NCBI RefSeq assembly: GCF_011386835.1
Contig: NC_088802.1
Location: 248,001-312,000, forward strand
Direction of reading: 5' to 3'
DNA length: 64,000 nucleotides
Origin: Chrysemys picta bellii
Taxonomy: Eukaryota
Below are positions 12,101-23,934 of the stretch, in pieces (within the stretch, counting starts at the first letter, position 1; each line of letters begins with the position of its first letter). The notes beneath the pieces are model-generated. The model worked only from the letters and a program-made list of their open reading frames with translations, had not been told where the DNA came from and made no database searches. A program made the translations under genes and the position numbers.

Positions 12101-15100
12101 GCGTTGCCAGGGGACTTTGCGTTGCCAGGGGACTTTGTGTTGCCGGGGGATTTGCCGTTGCTGGGGGATTTGCCGTTGCCGGGGGACTTGGCGTTGCCGG
12201 GGGATTTCCCGCCGCCGGGGGCTTTGCCGTAGGCTGGGGCCGTGCTCATCAGCTGCTGCCGTTTCTGCTGCTTGGGCGCCGGCTTGACGGGCGCCTTGCG
12301 GCCCGGCCCAGCGGGTTTCTGGTGCCGCGACGGCGAGGAGGAAGAGGATGGATGTGATGAGGGTGAGAATGAAGATGGCAGCGACACACACACAGACCGG
12401 GAGCCGGGCACAGAAAGAAAACACAACACAGACGGCATGAGTTCACGGGGAGCAGGGGTGCAGGGGCTGCTGCGAGGACTCCCTGGTGTACGGAGCACCC
12501 CACATCCCTCGGGGTCACCCCAAACCCCCTCTGTCCCTGGGAGCTTGTTACATTCAGAGCACCCCGAATCTCCAGGGGTCACCCCGGACCCTCTCCATCC
12601 TGGAGACCTGCATACATACAGAGCACCCCAAATCTCCAGGGGTCACCTCAGACCCCCTCTTCCCCTGGGGACCTGCATACATACAGAGCACCCCAAATAT
12701 CCAGGGGTCACCCCAGACCCCCTGTGCCCATGGGGACCTGGATACATACAGAGCACCCCAAATCTCTAGGGGTTTCCCCAGATCCCANNNNNNNNNNNNN
12801 NNNNNNNNNNNNNNNNNNNNNNNNNNNNNNNNNNNNNNNNNNNNNNNNNNNNNNNNNNNNNNNNNNNNNNNNNNNNNNNNNNNNNNNNNNNNNNNNNNNN
12901 NNNNNNNNNNNNNNNNNNNNNNNNNNNNNNNNNNNNNNNNNNNNNNNNNNNNNNNNNNNNNNNNNNNNNNNNNNNNNNNNNNNNNNNNNNNNNNNNNNNN
13001 NNNNNNNNNNNNNNNNNNNNNNNNNNNNNNNNNNNNNNNNNNNNNNNNNNNNNNNNNNNNNNNNNNNNNNNNNNNNNNNNNNNNNNNNNNNNNNNNNNNN
13101 NNNNNNNNNNNNNNNNNNNNNNNNNNNNNNNNNNNNNNNNNNNNNNNNNNNNNNNNNNNNNNNNNNNNNNNNNNNNNNNNNNNNNNNNNNNNNNNNNNNN
13201 NNNNNNNNNNNNNNNNNNNNNNNNNNNNNNNNNNNNNNNNNNNNNNNNNNNNNNNNNNNNNNNNNNNNNNNNNNNNNNNNNNNNNNNGGACTTGCTACCT
13301 CCCTTCCAGGCTGCTGCCCCCTCTCCGCACTCTGCTGGCTTTGGGTCCCCCCATGCTGCCACCCTAGGCCCCACCCAGCCCCCCGCCCTTCTCTTCCCCC
13401 ACCCTGCTGCCCCCTCCTCCCCCACTCTCAGATGCCCCAACACCCCCCTGCTGCCATTCTCCTCCCCCCCCCTTTGTTGGGCAGGAGAGACGGGGGTGGG
13501 GGAACCACAGAAGGAAAAAATGTTTCTGAGAGGGAAAGTTCAGGCCTGGGGGGGGGGCTCCTTACAGCCCCCCCAACCAGGGCTGGGGGGGTGATATCCC
13601 TCCCTACAGCAACCCCATATCTGCCCCTCCCCCCAGCCATTCCCAGTGCCCCCTCACTATGTCTGTCCCCCCCAGCCAGTTACTACTCCCTCCGTCTGTC
13701 CCAAGGGACCCCCCCTTCCTGCCCCCCCCCCGGGTTAGGTGAAGGTGATGGGGGGAGGGAGATTAAAATGTTACACAGCGGGTGTGTGAAGAAACACAAC
13801 TACACAATGGGCACAGAGAGACACCACTACACACTCACACCAACAACCCCACACACACACACCAGGGGGAGACACAACTATACAACTGTCTATACACACA
13901 ACCTGGGGGGATGGACACAGATACACAACTATATGCACTCACACACACAACATACACACACACACCCCTTGTGGCAGGAAACACAAGTACACAACTGTAT
14001 GCAACACACGGAGCTATACACCTGCACACGCACACACCCTACTGGGAGACACAACTGTACAACCCCCCGCCACACGCACACACACAACACAGGGCCAGAG
14101 CGGTGCGGACCAGGCACATGCACCCCCCGAGTCCACCCCTCCCATCCCGGAGTCAACCCTGTGAAGGGAGAAGGAGGGTGCAGGGGGGATGCAGGAGACA
14201 CGGAATGAAGAATATGGGAACAAGGGGGGACAATGGGGGAGCAGGGGGGCACAGGGGGCTGAGCAGAGGAGGGGGGGTGCAGTGGGGAATGGAGGGGTGG
14301 GGGTGCAGTGGGGGGCACAGTGGGGGAACGGAGGGGTGGGGGTGCAGTGGGGGGCGCAGTGGGGGAACGGAGGGGTGGGAGTGCAGTGGGGGAACGGAGG
14401 AGTGGGGGTGCAGTGGGGGGTGCAGTGGGGGAACGGAGGGGTGGGGGTGCAGTGGGGGGCGCAGTGGGGCCCTGCACTCACTTCCCCCGGGGTTATAAAT
14501 CCCCCCACACTCAGGAGAGGCGGCTCTGGCTCAGTGCAGGCCGGGCCAGGCAGGGGGTCGGGGGAAGCTGCAGCCCAAAGATAAATAAACCCCCGCGCCC
14601 AGCCCAGCGCACACTCCTGCCCTGTTCCCAGCACAAAGAGCCTGTGTTTGTGCAGGGCCCGGGGGGCGCAGGCCAACACGGGCAATGGGGGCTCTGGGGG
14701 GCACAGGCCAACATGGGCAATGGGAGGCCCCGGGGGGGCACAGGCCGACACGGGCAATGGGAGGCCCTGGGGGGCACAGGCCACACGGGCAATGGGGGCT
14801 CTGGGGGGCACAGGCCACACGGGCAATGGGGGCTCTGGGGGGCACAGGCCAACATGGGCAATGGGGGCTCTGGGGGGGCACAGGCCAACATGGGCAATGG
14901 GGGCTCTGGGGGGGCACAGGCCACAAGGGCAATGGGGGCTCTGGGGGGGCACAGGCCACAAGGGCAATGGAGGGTCTGGGGGGCGCAGGCCACACGGGCA
15001 ATGGAGAGTCTGGGGGGCGCAGGCCACACGGGCAATGGGGAACCCTAGGGGCACAGGACACACGGGGCAATGGGGGCTCTGGGGGGCACAGGACACGCGG

Positions 15101-16841
15101 GCAATGGGAGGTCTGGGGGATGCAGGCCACATGGGCAATGGGGGTCCCTGGGGGCACAGGACACGCAGGCAATGGGGGACCCTGGGGGCCACAGGACACG
15201 CGGGCAATGGGGGACCCTGGGGGCGCAGGACACATGGGCAATGGGGGGCCCTGGGGGCCATAGGCCACGCGGGCAATGGGGGGCCCTGGGGGCGCAGGAC
15301 ATGCGGGCAATGGGGCAAACCCGGACAAGTCGAGGGGGCGGATCCCCCATTTTCAGTCCAAGCCAGTCCGGGCGGGGGGAGGCTGGATAAACAGGGTTGG
15401 ATTTATTGCACCCGAGAACCCCCCTGTGCCCCCAAGCCAGCAATTCCCCCCTCCCAGAGCCCCCCAATACCTGAGACATCCCCACTCTGCCTCTGATGCC
15501 AGAGAAACCCCCACAGCCCCCCACTGCCAAAGATCCACCCCCAAGCCTGGGGGAGGCTCCCCCATAAGAAGTTGGGGGGAGCTAAAGTTGGGGGTGGAAT
15601 AAAAAGGAAGGACTGCACCCCCCGAATTCCTGACCTCTCCCTGCCCCCCACTCCATGACCCCTTCATCCAGTTCTCGTTGCCCTAAAATCTCAGCTGTCC
15701 CTAAACCCCCAAATTCTGGCCCCTGTTTTCAGATCCCCTGAATTTCTGACCCTCCTGCACCCTTAACCCCCTGCTCCCCAGTGGCTGTCCCCTTGTCCCC
15801 CCATGGCCCCAGTGCCTGTCCCTAGGATCTGTCAGTGCCTGCGATGCCCAGGGGAGAAGATGCTGTCTCTGCCACATCACCCCAGCTGGCACCCCCAGCC
15901 CTCCCCGGCACCTGCTGGCAGCTCCGCAAAGCACAATGGGGGGGCTGGGTGACAGGCGGGGGACACCCCTCCCTGGGGCACCTGGCGCGGGCCTCAGCTG
16001 CCACAGCTGGGACCTGCCTTCCCAGTCCCCCACCCATCTCCCCTCCGGAAACCGGGCACCCACCCACCCCCGGCCTGCCCTGAGTCTCCACTCGGGCACC
16101 CAGACCCCGGACCCGGCACCCGCCTGCCCCCCACACCAAATCCGGGCTCCAGGGGACCGTGCCAGAGCCACAGCACCTCTGCCCCCCGGCGCTGATACCC
16201 CCCATGCCAGCCCTGGGCTGGGCACTGACCTCCTACCGCAGCCCCTGATCCCCCCCATCCAGGGCACGGACACCCCCCGCCACTGCGTCCCAGAGACAGA
16301 CAGACACACACACAGCTCCCGGTCCCAAACACAGAGACCCCTGTGCCCTCCGTGCGTCCCCGACACAGACACCCCCCAGCACCCCCCTGCGCCCCAGACA
16401 CCCCCAGCACCTCCCTGCGCCCCGACAGCCCCCCGAGCACCCCCCTGCGCCCCGACACAACCCCCCCGGACCCCCCTGCGCCCCGACAGCCCCCCGAGCA
16501 CCTCCCTGCGCCCCGACACCCCCCCCGGACCTCCCTGCGCCCCCACACAACCCCCCCGGATCCCCCTGCGCCCCGACAGCCCCCCGAGCACCTCCCTGCG
16601 CCCCGACAGCCCCCCGAGCACCCCCCTGCGCCCCGACACACCCCCCCCGGACCTCCCTGCGCCCCCACACAACCCCCCCGGATCCCCCTGCGCCCCGACA
16701 GCCCCCCGAGCACCCCTGCGCCCCGACACAGACCCTCCCCCGCCCCACTCCCCCCCCCGTACCTGCCCGGGCGCACAGAGCGGGCAGCAGCAGGAGCAGG
16801 GGCAGCAGCCCGGGGGCCCGGGGGCGCCTGGCGCGGGCCAT
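102..16841 (-). CDS. COL11A2: Collagen alpha-2(XI) chain, 5' part; the gene runs off the left edge and TSPN exons 2-5 are not in the sequence
   Basis: Exons on - strand: 16841-16763 (signal peptide [26 protein letters not shown]), 12318-11981 (basic exon, see findings), 10907-10755, 10253-10068 (acidic, ...[10 protein letters not shown]), 8194-8135 ([14 protein letters not shown]), 7105-7064, 6948-6886, 6419-6345 (GTSLMLP), 4802-4716 (FRFG...[14 protein letters not shown]), 3693-3637, 3231-3178, 2271-2218, 2116-2063, 1389-1336, 430-377, 146-102. Gly-X-Y exons are 45/54/57 nt with AG/GT ends. Peptides match mammalian COL11A2 and the gene neighbours RXRB. Confidence 0.96.
440..1210. repeat. Degenerate (TG)n-rich intronic tract
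   Basis: Visible TG/CA simple-sequence composition; similar tracts at about 7350-7860, 13780-14100, 18990-19580 and 21700-21930. Confidence 0.7.
2341..2539 (-). mobile_element. tRNA-derived SINE with CR1-type 3' tail (turtle polIII/SINE type)
   Basis: On - strand: A box TAGCTCAGTGG (2527-2517), B box GTTCAATCC (2482-2474), CR1-like tail GACTTGATGACC...GGTCCCTTCCAGTTC, then an (ATTT)n end. Confidence 0.88.
8380..8800. repeat. Degenerate tandem repeat (AATGTGGAGTAAAGTCTGAGTAAAACTGGAG-like)
   Basis: Recurrent GGAGTAAAGTCTGAGT blocks in the COL11A2 intron between 8194 and 10068. Confidence 0.75.
9510..9995. repeat. Degenerate tandem repeat built on AAACAGGAAGTGACACCAC
   Basis: Nine CAGGAAGTG copies counted between 9537 and 9972. 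Confidence 0.8.
10755..10907 (-). CDS. COL11A2: COL11A2 variable-region acidic exon ([19 protein letters not shown]...EPWAE), 51 codons, phase 0-0
   Basis: cccag|GAT acceptor and GAG|gtaacc donor; 153 nt open; acidic and Tyr-containing like the mammalian variable-region exons. Confidence 0.8.
11000..11152. other. Assembly gap (153 N)
   Basis: Run of N. Confidence 0.99.
11981..12318 (-). CDS. COL11A2: Putative Lys-rich alternative exon of COL11A2, about 113 aa with six KSPGNx repeats; needs +1 nt in the C-run 12083-12087 to be in frame
   Basis: Pyrimidine tract plus caccag|AAA acceptor and CAG|gtagag donor. Repeat variation is mostly synonymous in the KSPGN frame. Confidence 0.7.
12788..13287. 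other. Assembly gap (500 N, probably a placeholder size)
   Basis: Run of exactly 500 N, flanked on the left by a tandem repeat (12480-12787). Confidence 0.99.
14660..15320. repeat. About 35-bp minisatellite (GGGGGGCACAGGCCACACGGGCAATGGGGGCTCT) in COL11A2 intron 1
   Basis: Roughly 19 tandem units. Confidence 0.9.
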
Positions 16842-17900
16842 GGCCGAGGGGGGCTCTCCGGAGTCCGGCAGGCGCGGAGGGGGCAGCCCGGGGTCGGGGG
16901 CGCAGGGCGAGAGGGTCCCGGCTGCTCGGTAGCTCCGGCTGCCCCGTGTCCAGCCCCGGCTCTGTCTGCGAGCGCCCGGCTCCCCGGCACTGTCCCAGCC
17001 CGGCCAGCTCCCCCCCGGCCCGGCCCCCCTCCAGCCCTGCCCGGCCCCCCCGGCCCGCCCCACTGCCTGGCCCCCCCGGCCCGCCCCAGTGCCCGGCCCC
17101 CGTCCAGCCCTGCCCGCCCCAGGTCCCCCCACTGACCCCCCTCCAGCCCTGCCCGGCCCGCCCCACTGCCCGGCCCCGCTCCCAGCCCTGCCCGCCCCGG
17201 GCCCCCCCACTAACCCCCCCCAGCCCATCCCGGTCCCCCTCCAGCCCTGCCCGGCCCCCCCGGCCCGCTCCACTGCCCGGCCCCCGTCCAGCCCTGCCCG
17301 CCCCAGGTCCCCCCACTGACCCCCCCCCCAGCCCGGCCCGGCCCCCCTCCAGCCCTGCCCGGCCCGCCCCACTGCCCGGCCCCGCTCCCAGCCCGGCCCG
17401 CCCCGGGCCCCCCCACTGACCCCCCCCAGCCCGTCCCGGTCCCCCTCCAGCCCTGCCCTGCCCGGCCCCCCCGGCACGGGCCCCGTCCAGCCCTGCCCGC
17501 CCCGGGCCCCCCCAGCCCGTCCCGGTCCCCCTCCAGCCCTGGCCGGCCCCCTCCACTGCCCGGCCCCCGTCCAGCCCTGCCCGCCCCGGGTCCCCCCACT
17601 GACCCCCCCCCAGCCCGGCCCGGCCTCCCTCCAGCCCTGCCCGGCCGGCCCCACTGCCCGGCCACCGTCCAGCCCTGCCCGCCCCGGGCCCCCCCACTGC
17701 CCCCTCCAGCCCTGCCCGCCCCGCCCCACTGCCCGGCCCCCCCCCCAGCCCGGCCCGGTCCCCCTCCATCCCGCCCCGGCCCCCCCACTGCCCCCCCAGC
17801 CCTGCCCCCCCATCACGCCCCCCCCCACTGCCTCCTCCCTCCCGGCCCGGCCCCCCTCCAGCCTTGCCCCCCCACACTGCCCCGGACTCCCTCCAGCCCT
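16370..17900. repeat. GC-rich minisatellites flanking COL11A2 exon 1
   Basis: CCTGCGCCCCGACA units at 16370-16740 and CCAGCCCTGCCCGGCCC units at 16990-17900. Confidence 0.85.
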
Positions 17901-20900
17901 GGCCACCCCGACCCCCATCATCCTTCCCTTCCCTCCCCTCCCCACCACACCCCAGTCTTGCCCTGCTCGCCCCAGCCCTGCCCTCCTCTCCCCTCCTCGG
18001 CCGGGAGACCCATCCCTTCCTACGCCCCTGCCCACTCCTCCCACCCTGAGATCTCAGCCCCCCACTCACACCTGCAGCCCCTCCCAGCTCCGCTCCACCC
18101 CCCTGCCTCGCTCCTTACCCAGCTGGGAGACCCCTCCCCTCTACCCCCCCACACTCCCACCCCTCCCTGGGAGACCCAGTTTCCTGCAGACTCTGCCCCT
18201 AACCGCCCCTCCCCCCACCTGACCCACAGCCTGATCTCTCCGCCCACTCAAAAAATCCCCTCCCCCCAGAGATGCCCTTCCTCCCTTCACCCCTCCCAAG
18301 CCCCCCCCCCCGACCCTTTCAAGGTGAGACCCACCCCAGTGCCACCTCCTTCTCCTGGCTCAGAGCCCCCCAACTCCTAGCAACCGCCCCACTAACCCAG
18401 GAACCCCCCCCCATCTCCTAGCAGTCCCCGCCCCCCGCTCATGCAGGGAACCCCCCAGCCCCTGGGGGATGCTGTAGGAAATGGGGCTCCCCCTGCTGGG
18501 TGTACTTGAAGGGAGGGGGAGCTAATTACACACACACACACACACACAGCCCTGGACTGCACCCATCCCTGCCCCCGAGCAGGGACACAGCCCCTGGGCT
18601 GCAAAATCCAGACTGGCTCAGGGGGGCGGGGAATGGGGCAGGGGCCTGTCCCCTCCAGGGGGTGCCGGCTCCCATCCGGCCCCAGGGCAGGGACTGGCCA
18701 GTTTGGGGGTGGGAGCCAGGAGGCCCCCATCTCCCCAGCACAGCCCATCGGTCAGGGTTGGGTGCTGCCTCCTGGCGGGGCAGAGGGGCCAGCGAGCCGA
18801 ACTGCTGATTCCCCCCAGAGCCAATCAGCCAGGCCAGCCCCTGCGCCTTCCCCTCTCTCCCCATCAGCAGCTTCCCCAAAATAGCACCTGGGGGTCCCTG
18901 CCCAGGGCCCCTGCAGCATGGGGTGTGTGGAGGGGGTGCGTGGATGTGGGGGGCCCTGCCCAGGGCCCCTGCAGCACGGTTGGGGTCACGCACAAGCACA
19001 GATAATTTTGCATGAGTGACCCTATGCGTGCAGGTGCCCACAAATCCATGTGCTGCACTGGGAGCTGTGCTGGTGAGCCCGTGTGTGCGGCTAGAGGTGT
19101 GAGTGTGTCTGCTCACAGCCTGGGTGACAGCGCATGTGTGTGTGCACATGTGTGTGTTAGCATGCCCGAGGGTGTATGTCAGTGTGCACACGCGTGTCAG
19201 TGTGCATGTGGGCACTGGCAGCAATGGAGGGGTGGGGAAGGACACACTTCTGGACGAGGCCCTGGCCTGGCTGGTTTGATCCCTGGCTCCGCCGGGCCCC
19301 ACAGCATATCACTGGGGCTCTCTGGGCCTCAGACACCACCCCCTCCCTCCGGGGCCCCACGCTTGGTCTGTGCAAGGGGGGGGGGGAAGGCACAATATGT
19401 GGGCGGGAGGCAGGAGGGTACCATCCCATCCCCCCTCAGCAGGGCTACGGGCTCCCCTGGAAATGGCCTACTGATCACGGCGGCCGTGTGCACTAGTGAG
19501 TATGTAACCATGCACGAGTGTGCATGTTGCAGGCATGTGTATGTGTGAGGCTGGGCACGTGTGTGTGACTGTGGGTGTGCGCGCATATGCCTGCCACCTG
19601 GAACACCCTCTTCATCACTGCCCAGGGCCTGTCCTGGCCCAGCCCCAGTCACCATCCAGCCCCCACTCAATGCCATCGCTCACTCGGTACCGTCATACAC
19701 CAACCCCCCCCCGCCCGCTGGCTCCAAGCTGCCCCCACGCGGGAGGGGCAGATCCCCACAGACAGCCACAGAACTCCCCCCCCCCCCCCGCGCCCGAACC
19801 CGCCTCCCCACTCACCCGTACTGGGACGCCTGCCCCAGCCCCAGCCGCAGGGACAGACACTACGATCGCCCAGTTCTGCTCATGCCCTCGGCAGCTCCTG
19901 GCACCGGCCGGATGCTGGCCCCCGGGGCTGACCCAGCCCGGCCGCTCTCAGGCTGCCGGTGCGCCAGGCTCAGCCTGTCCCGCTGCCCCTGCAGCACGGC
20001 ATCGGGGCCTAGTGCCCCCCGTCTGTCTCTGTCTGTCTCCGGGGGGCCCTTGGCCTGGCCTTACGCTGTAACCACTGGGGCTGGGGCTTCGCTCTGGGTT
20101 TGTGCCGCGCCTGGCGCAACGGAGCTGGAGTCCCCGCGCTACCATAATATAGCTAGCAAATACCAACAGCCAGCGGGGCACCCAGCACTGGGGGAGAACA
20201 GCCTGCCCTGCGGCTCCCCGTCCGCACACCGGAGACACCCCAGCTCCCTGGAAATCCATCGGTGCTGCCCCCTGAGGGAGACTAGAGCCCCCGGGACAAG
20301 CCCCTGCTGCCGCTAGCTCGCCCAGCTCCTGGACCCCAGCCCGGTGCTCCCGCCATGCCCTGCATGTGAGGGAAGGAGACACGGGGGGAAGACCCATGCG
20401 GGGAAGGCACGCGGGGGGGGGGGGGGGGTGGACAGGAAAGCCGCCGTGCCCAGGAGACTCCAGCCCAGCCCAGCCCGAGGTATATTTGGATCCAGAGCTC
20501 CGGCCCCAAGCTGTAATCACGGCTCTGTAATTAGCCAGCACTTCCCCTAGGAACCAGGGGCCCGGCCTTGAGGGTGGGAGGCTGGAACAGATGGAGACTG
20601 AGCCTGAAAATAGAAGGGGAAGGTTGGGATGAGGGGACCCCTGGGGGAGGGGCAGGCTGAGGGGGAGGGGAGCCCGGGGGGAGGGCCAGGCTGGGATGAG
20701 GGGACCCCGGGGGGGGGGAGTGGCAGGGGGAGGTTGGGGGAAGGCTGAGATGAGGGGACCCCGGGGGGAGGGGCAGGCTGAGGTTGGGGGAGAGGAAGAT
20801 TGGGGGAAGGCTGGGATGAGGGGACCCCGGGGGGAGGGGCAGGCTGAGGTTGGGGGAGGGGAAGGGGGAAGTTGGGGGGATGGAAGGGGGGAGCAAGCTG

Positions 20901-22559
20901 GCTGGGAGGAGGAGACAGGAGGGAAAGGACAGGGGCCGGCAGGGAAGGGGGCCGGTTGGGAGGGGCAGGGGCAGGTGGGGGTCAGTGGGGGAGGCAGGGG
21001 GAGCCCCGTCTGAGGCCCAGGGCCAGGTCTCTGACTCAGGGCGGCCCCACCCCAGCGCCCGCAATGACAGGCTCCCCGGTAATTGCAGGCTGGCTCGGCC
21101 TGCCCCAGGGAGGCTCCCAGAGCCACCCACATCCGCCCAGGGCTACCCATATCCTCGGCCAGGGGGCGGGGGTCATGGCCCAGCGGGGACAGCGCTAGCT
21201 TCGGGGTGGGTGCATGGGGAACAGGCACGCGGAGAGGTGGGAGACTGAACCCCGGGTCAGGGGGATCCCACGGGGGAAGGCTGGACCCTGGTGTCCCGGG
21301 TCCCACCGGTCGGGCGCAGGGGGTGGTTGGTTCCTGAGCTGCCAAGGGTCAAAGCCCACCTGGCCTCTGCCAGGGGCTGTTTGAGGCCCTCGCCCCCTGG
21401 GATAGGGGGAGGGGGGTTGTGGTTCGTGGCTGGGCCCCGGCCCAGCAGCCAGACAGCCGGGCCGTTCATGCCCTGCACAGAGCTGCCTCTGTCTGCCCTG
21501 CGGATAAACACGGCACCGAGACGCTGCCCAGGTTCAAAGGGGCCCCCGCCCGGCCATCTCCCAGCCACAGGGTGGGGCTCTGCGCTGGGACAGGGGGTGC
21601 CACAGTAGCCTGGCTGGGAACAGGCCCCCCACTGTCCGTGAGGCAGGGAACGTCCTGCAGGGGGCGGGGCCTGTGTGGGAATCACACGGCCACCCCGTGT
21701 GCACCTGTGTGCGTTGCACTAGTGTGTGCGAGGGAGTCGTGTGTGTCTGGCGAGGCGCGTGTGCTTGGCATATGTTAGTGCATGTGCCATGTGTGTGCGT
21801 GTGTGTGTATGCATGTGTACCTGCATGCTGGCCAGTGAGTTTTAGAGGCCAGCTCGTCTGTGCACAAGTGTGCGTTTTGCACCAACGCCTGTTTCTCCGA
21901 GGGCACGTTGGGTTGTGCACGTCTGCACCTGTGGAGTGAGGTCTGCAGCACTGGATCTCCCATAACTGGGGGCCAGATGGGGTCCCTGAACGGGGGGCAA
22001 CTACCTCTGCTGGAGCCATGTCTTGGGTCCCCCCCTGCCCTGCTCCAGCCCCCCAGGGGGACAAACACCAGTAACCCACAGACACCCCCCCTCTAACACT
22101 CACCCACACAGACGCTCCCCCCCACCGGCTATTTTGAGAGATGGGAGTTTGCTCTGGGCTGGGACCAGAAATCGACACTGTGGCTGGAGGGGAGGCACCA
22201 TTCCCTGCACGCCCCCACCCCCACCCCCGCCTGCCTTGATCCAGCCCCAGGCCCGGGGACTGGCTGGCTGGGAGACCAGGGGGGGGGGGGGGAAGGGAAG
22301 AGGGACATGGGGCCTTTCCCCTCTAAGGGGCACCTGGGACCCAGTGTCACCCACTCCCGTAGGAGTCCTCTACCCCCAGTACCCCAGACCCTCCCCCAGC
22401 ACAAGGGATCAACCCCACCTAATATCCCAGCCCCCTAACCTCCCCTAACCCTCCCCCACAGGCAATATCCCAACCCCCCCCCCACACACAGGGGGGCGGG
22501 GGCGAGAGTTTAGAGCCCCCAATCCTGCCTCCTCCCTCCAACAGCTAACAAGGCTGGGG

Positions 22560-22800
22560 TGGGGGGGCCCGATCCTGCCCCCAGCCGCTCTCTGGGCTGT
22601 GGGGGAACAGACCGAGGGACCCGATCCTGCCCCCAGCTGCTCTCTGGGCTGGGGGGGAACAGACCGAGGGGCCTGATCCTGCCCCCAGCTGCTCTCTGGG
22701 CTGGGGGGGAACAGACCGAGGGGCCCGATCCTGCCTCCAGCTGCTCTCTGGGCTGGGGAGGAACAGACCAAGGGGCCCGATCCTGCCCCCAGCCAGCCCA
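22560..22800. repeat. About 52-bp minisatellite, 5 units
   Basis: CCGATCCTGCCCCCAGCTGCTCTCTGGGCTGGGGG recurs about every 52 bp. Confidence 0.85.
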
Positions 22801-23928
22801 CTGGCGCGAGGTCTGCACGGGGTCCCCGGCCTGGCAGGTGAGCTCCGCTCCGGGCACAGGGCAGCTTTGAGCGGGGCCCAGGCCGGCTGAACAAAGCCAC
22901 CTTGTCCGCCCCCCCCACCCGGCTCAGACAAGCCCCATTGATGAGACACAGCGGGGTCACCTCAGGCCACGGGAAGGGGTGTTTCCTGGCGGGGGGAGGG
23001 ACCCCACGGGGACTGGCCGGCTGCGACTCGGCTCTCCCTGCAGTGGGATCCCCCCCCCCCCATGTAAGGGCAGGGGATAGCTGGGGGGGAGGCTGTGTGC
23101 ACAAGAGGGGGGAAGGATGGGTGGAAAGGACTTGGCTGTGCGGGGGGGGTCACATGTCCCTACAGCAGAGGGGAGGTGTCAGGGGACCCAGCTGTGCCAG
23201 GATGGGGGGGTGAGGTGTCCCTGCAGCAGGGGGGAAAGGGGGGTGCTGATTTCTTGTGGATAGAGATGGAGGCCACGGCTCGAGGCGGGGGGGTGTCCCT
23301 GCGGTCCAGGCAGACTGGAGAAGCAAGCGCGGCTGGGGGGGACAGGAGACTAGATAGAACCATCCCTGCCCCCGACATCCCTCCTGGATTGTCACCCTGG
23401 AGAAGGACCAACACCCCCCCCCCCGACAGTGTGAATCACCCCACAACTGTTCCCCCCATCCCAGCCAGGGGTCACAGCTCAGCCCCAGGCAATGGGACCA
23501 TCCCGCCCCACCCTGATGAGCAGGGGAGTCACTCAGGCACCCCCCCCCATAGGCCCCCTGGGTCCCAGTTTGAACCATCCTTCCTCTCCCCCGCCCCCCA
23601 ACCCGGGTCCAGTTATGGACCACGCCCCCTCCCCCTCCCCACGTCCTGGTCTCTTCCAGCCCCCCACCTCAGTCAAAGTTTGGACCATCTCCCCCCCCTG
23701 CCCCCAGGGTCCCAGTGCCCCCACCAGGTCCCTGTCCCCCCATGTCAGAGAAACATCCCTTCCCAGGGTCCCCGAGGAACACCCCCTGCCCCCCCACGGT
23801 CCCAGCCCCCCCTAGTCCCCGAGGAACACCCCCTGCCCCCCGCGGTCCCAGTCTGCACGGGACACCCCCCGGAGCCCCGGCATGTCACCACCAGGGGGAG
23901 GCGCTGTCTGTGGTTGAGAAGCAGCAGC

Positions 23929-23934
23929 TTTAAT
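23929..23934 (-). terminator. Candidate RXRB poly(A) signal ATTAAA
   Basis: First AATAAA/ATTAAA found on - strand after the stop codon, giving a 3' UTR of about 1.35 kb; preceded by a U/A-rich stretch at 23976-23964. Confidence 0.5.

Noticed and set aside
11498-12424. 308-aa ORF with a hydrophobic start and RQIPRQ repeats, read as a separate membrane protein
   Set aside because: The hydrophobic part is the translated polypyrimidine tract, and repeat variation is synonymous mainly in the KSPGN frame.
18400-23900. Possible hidden gene between COL11A2 and RXRB
   Set aside because: No consistent exon chain or recognisable peptide; the ORFs there are low-complexity and GC-driven.
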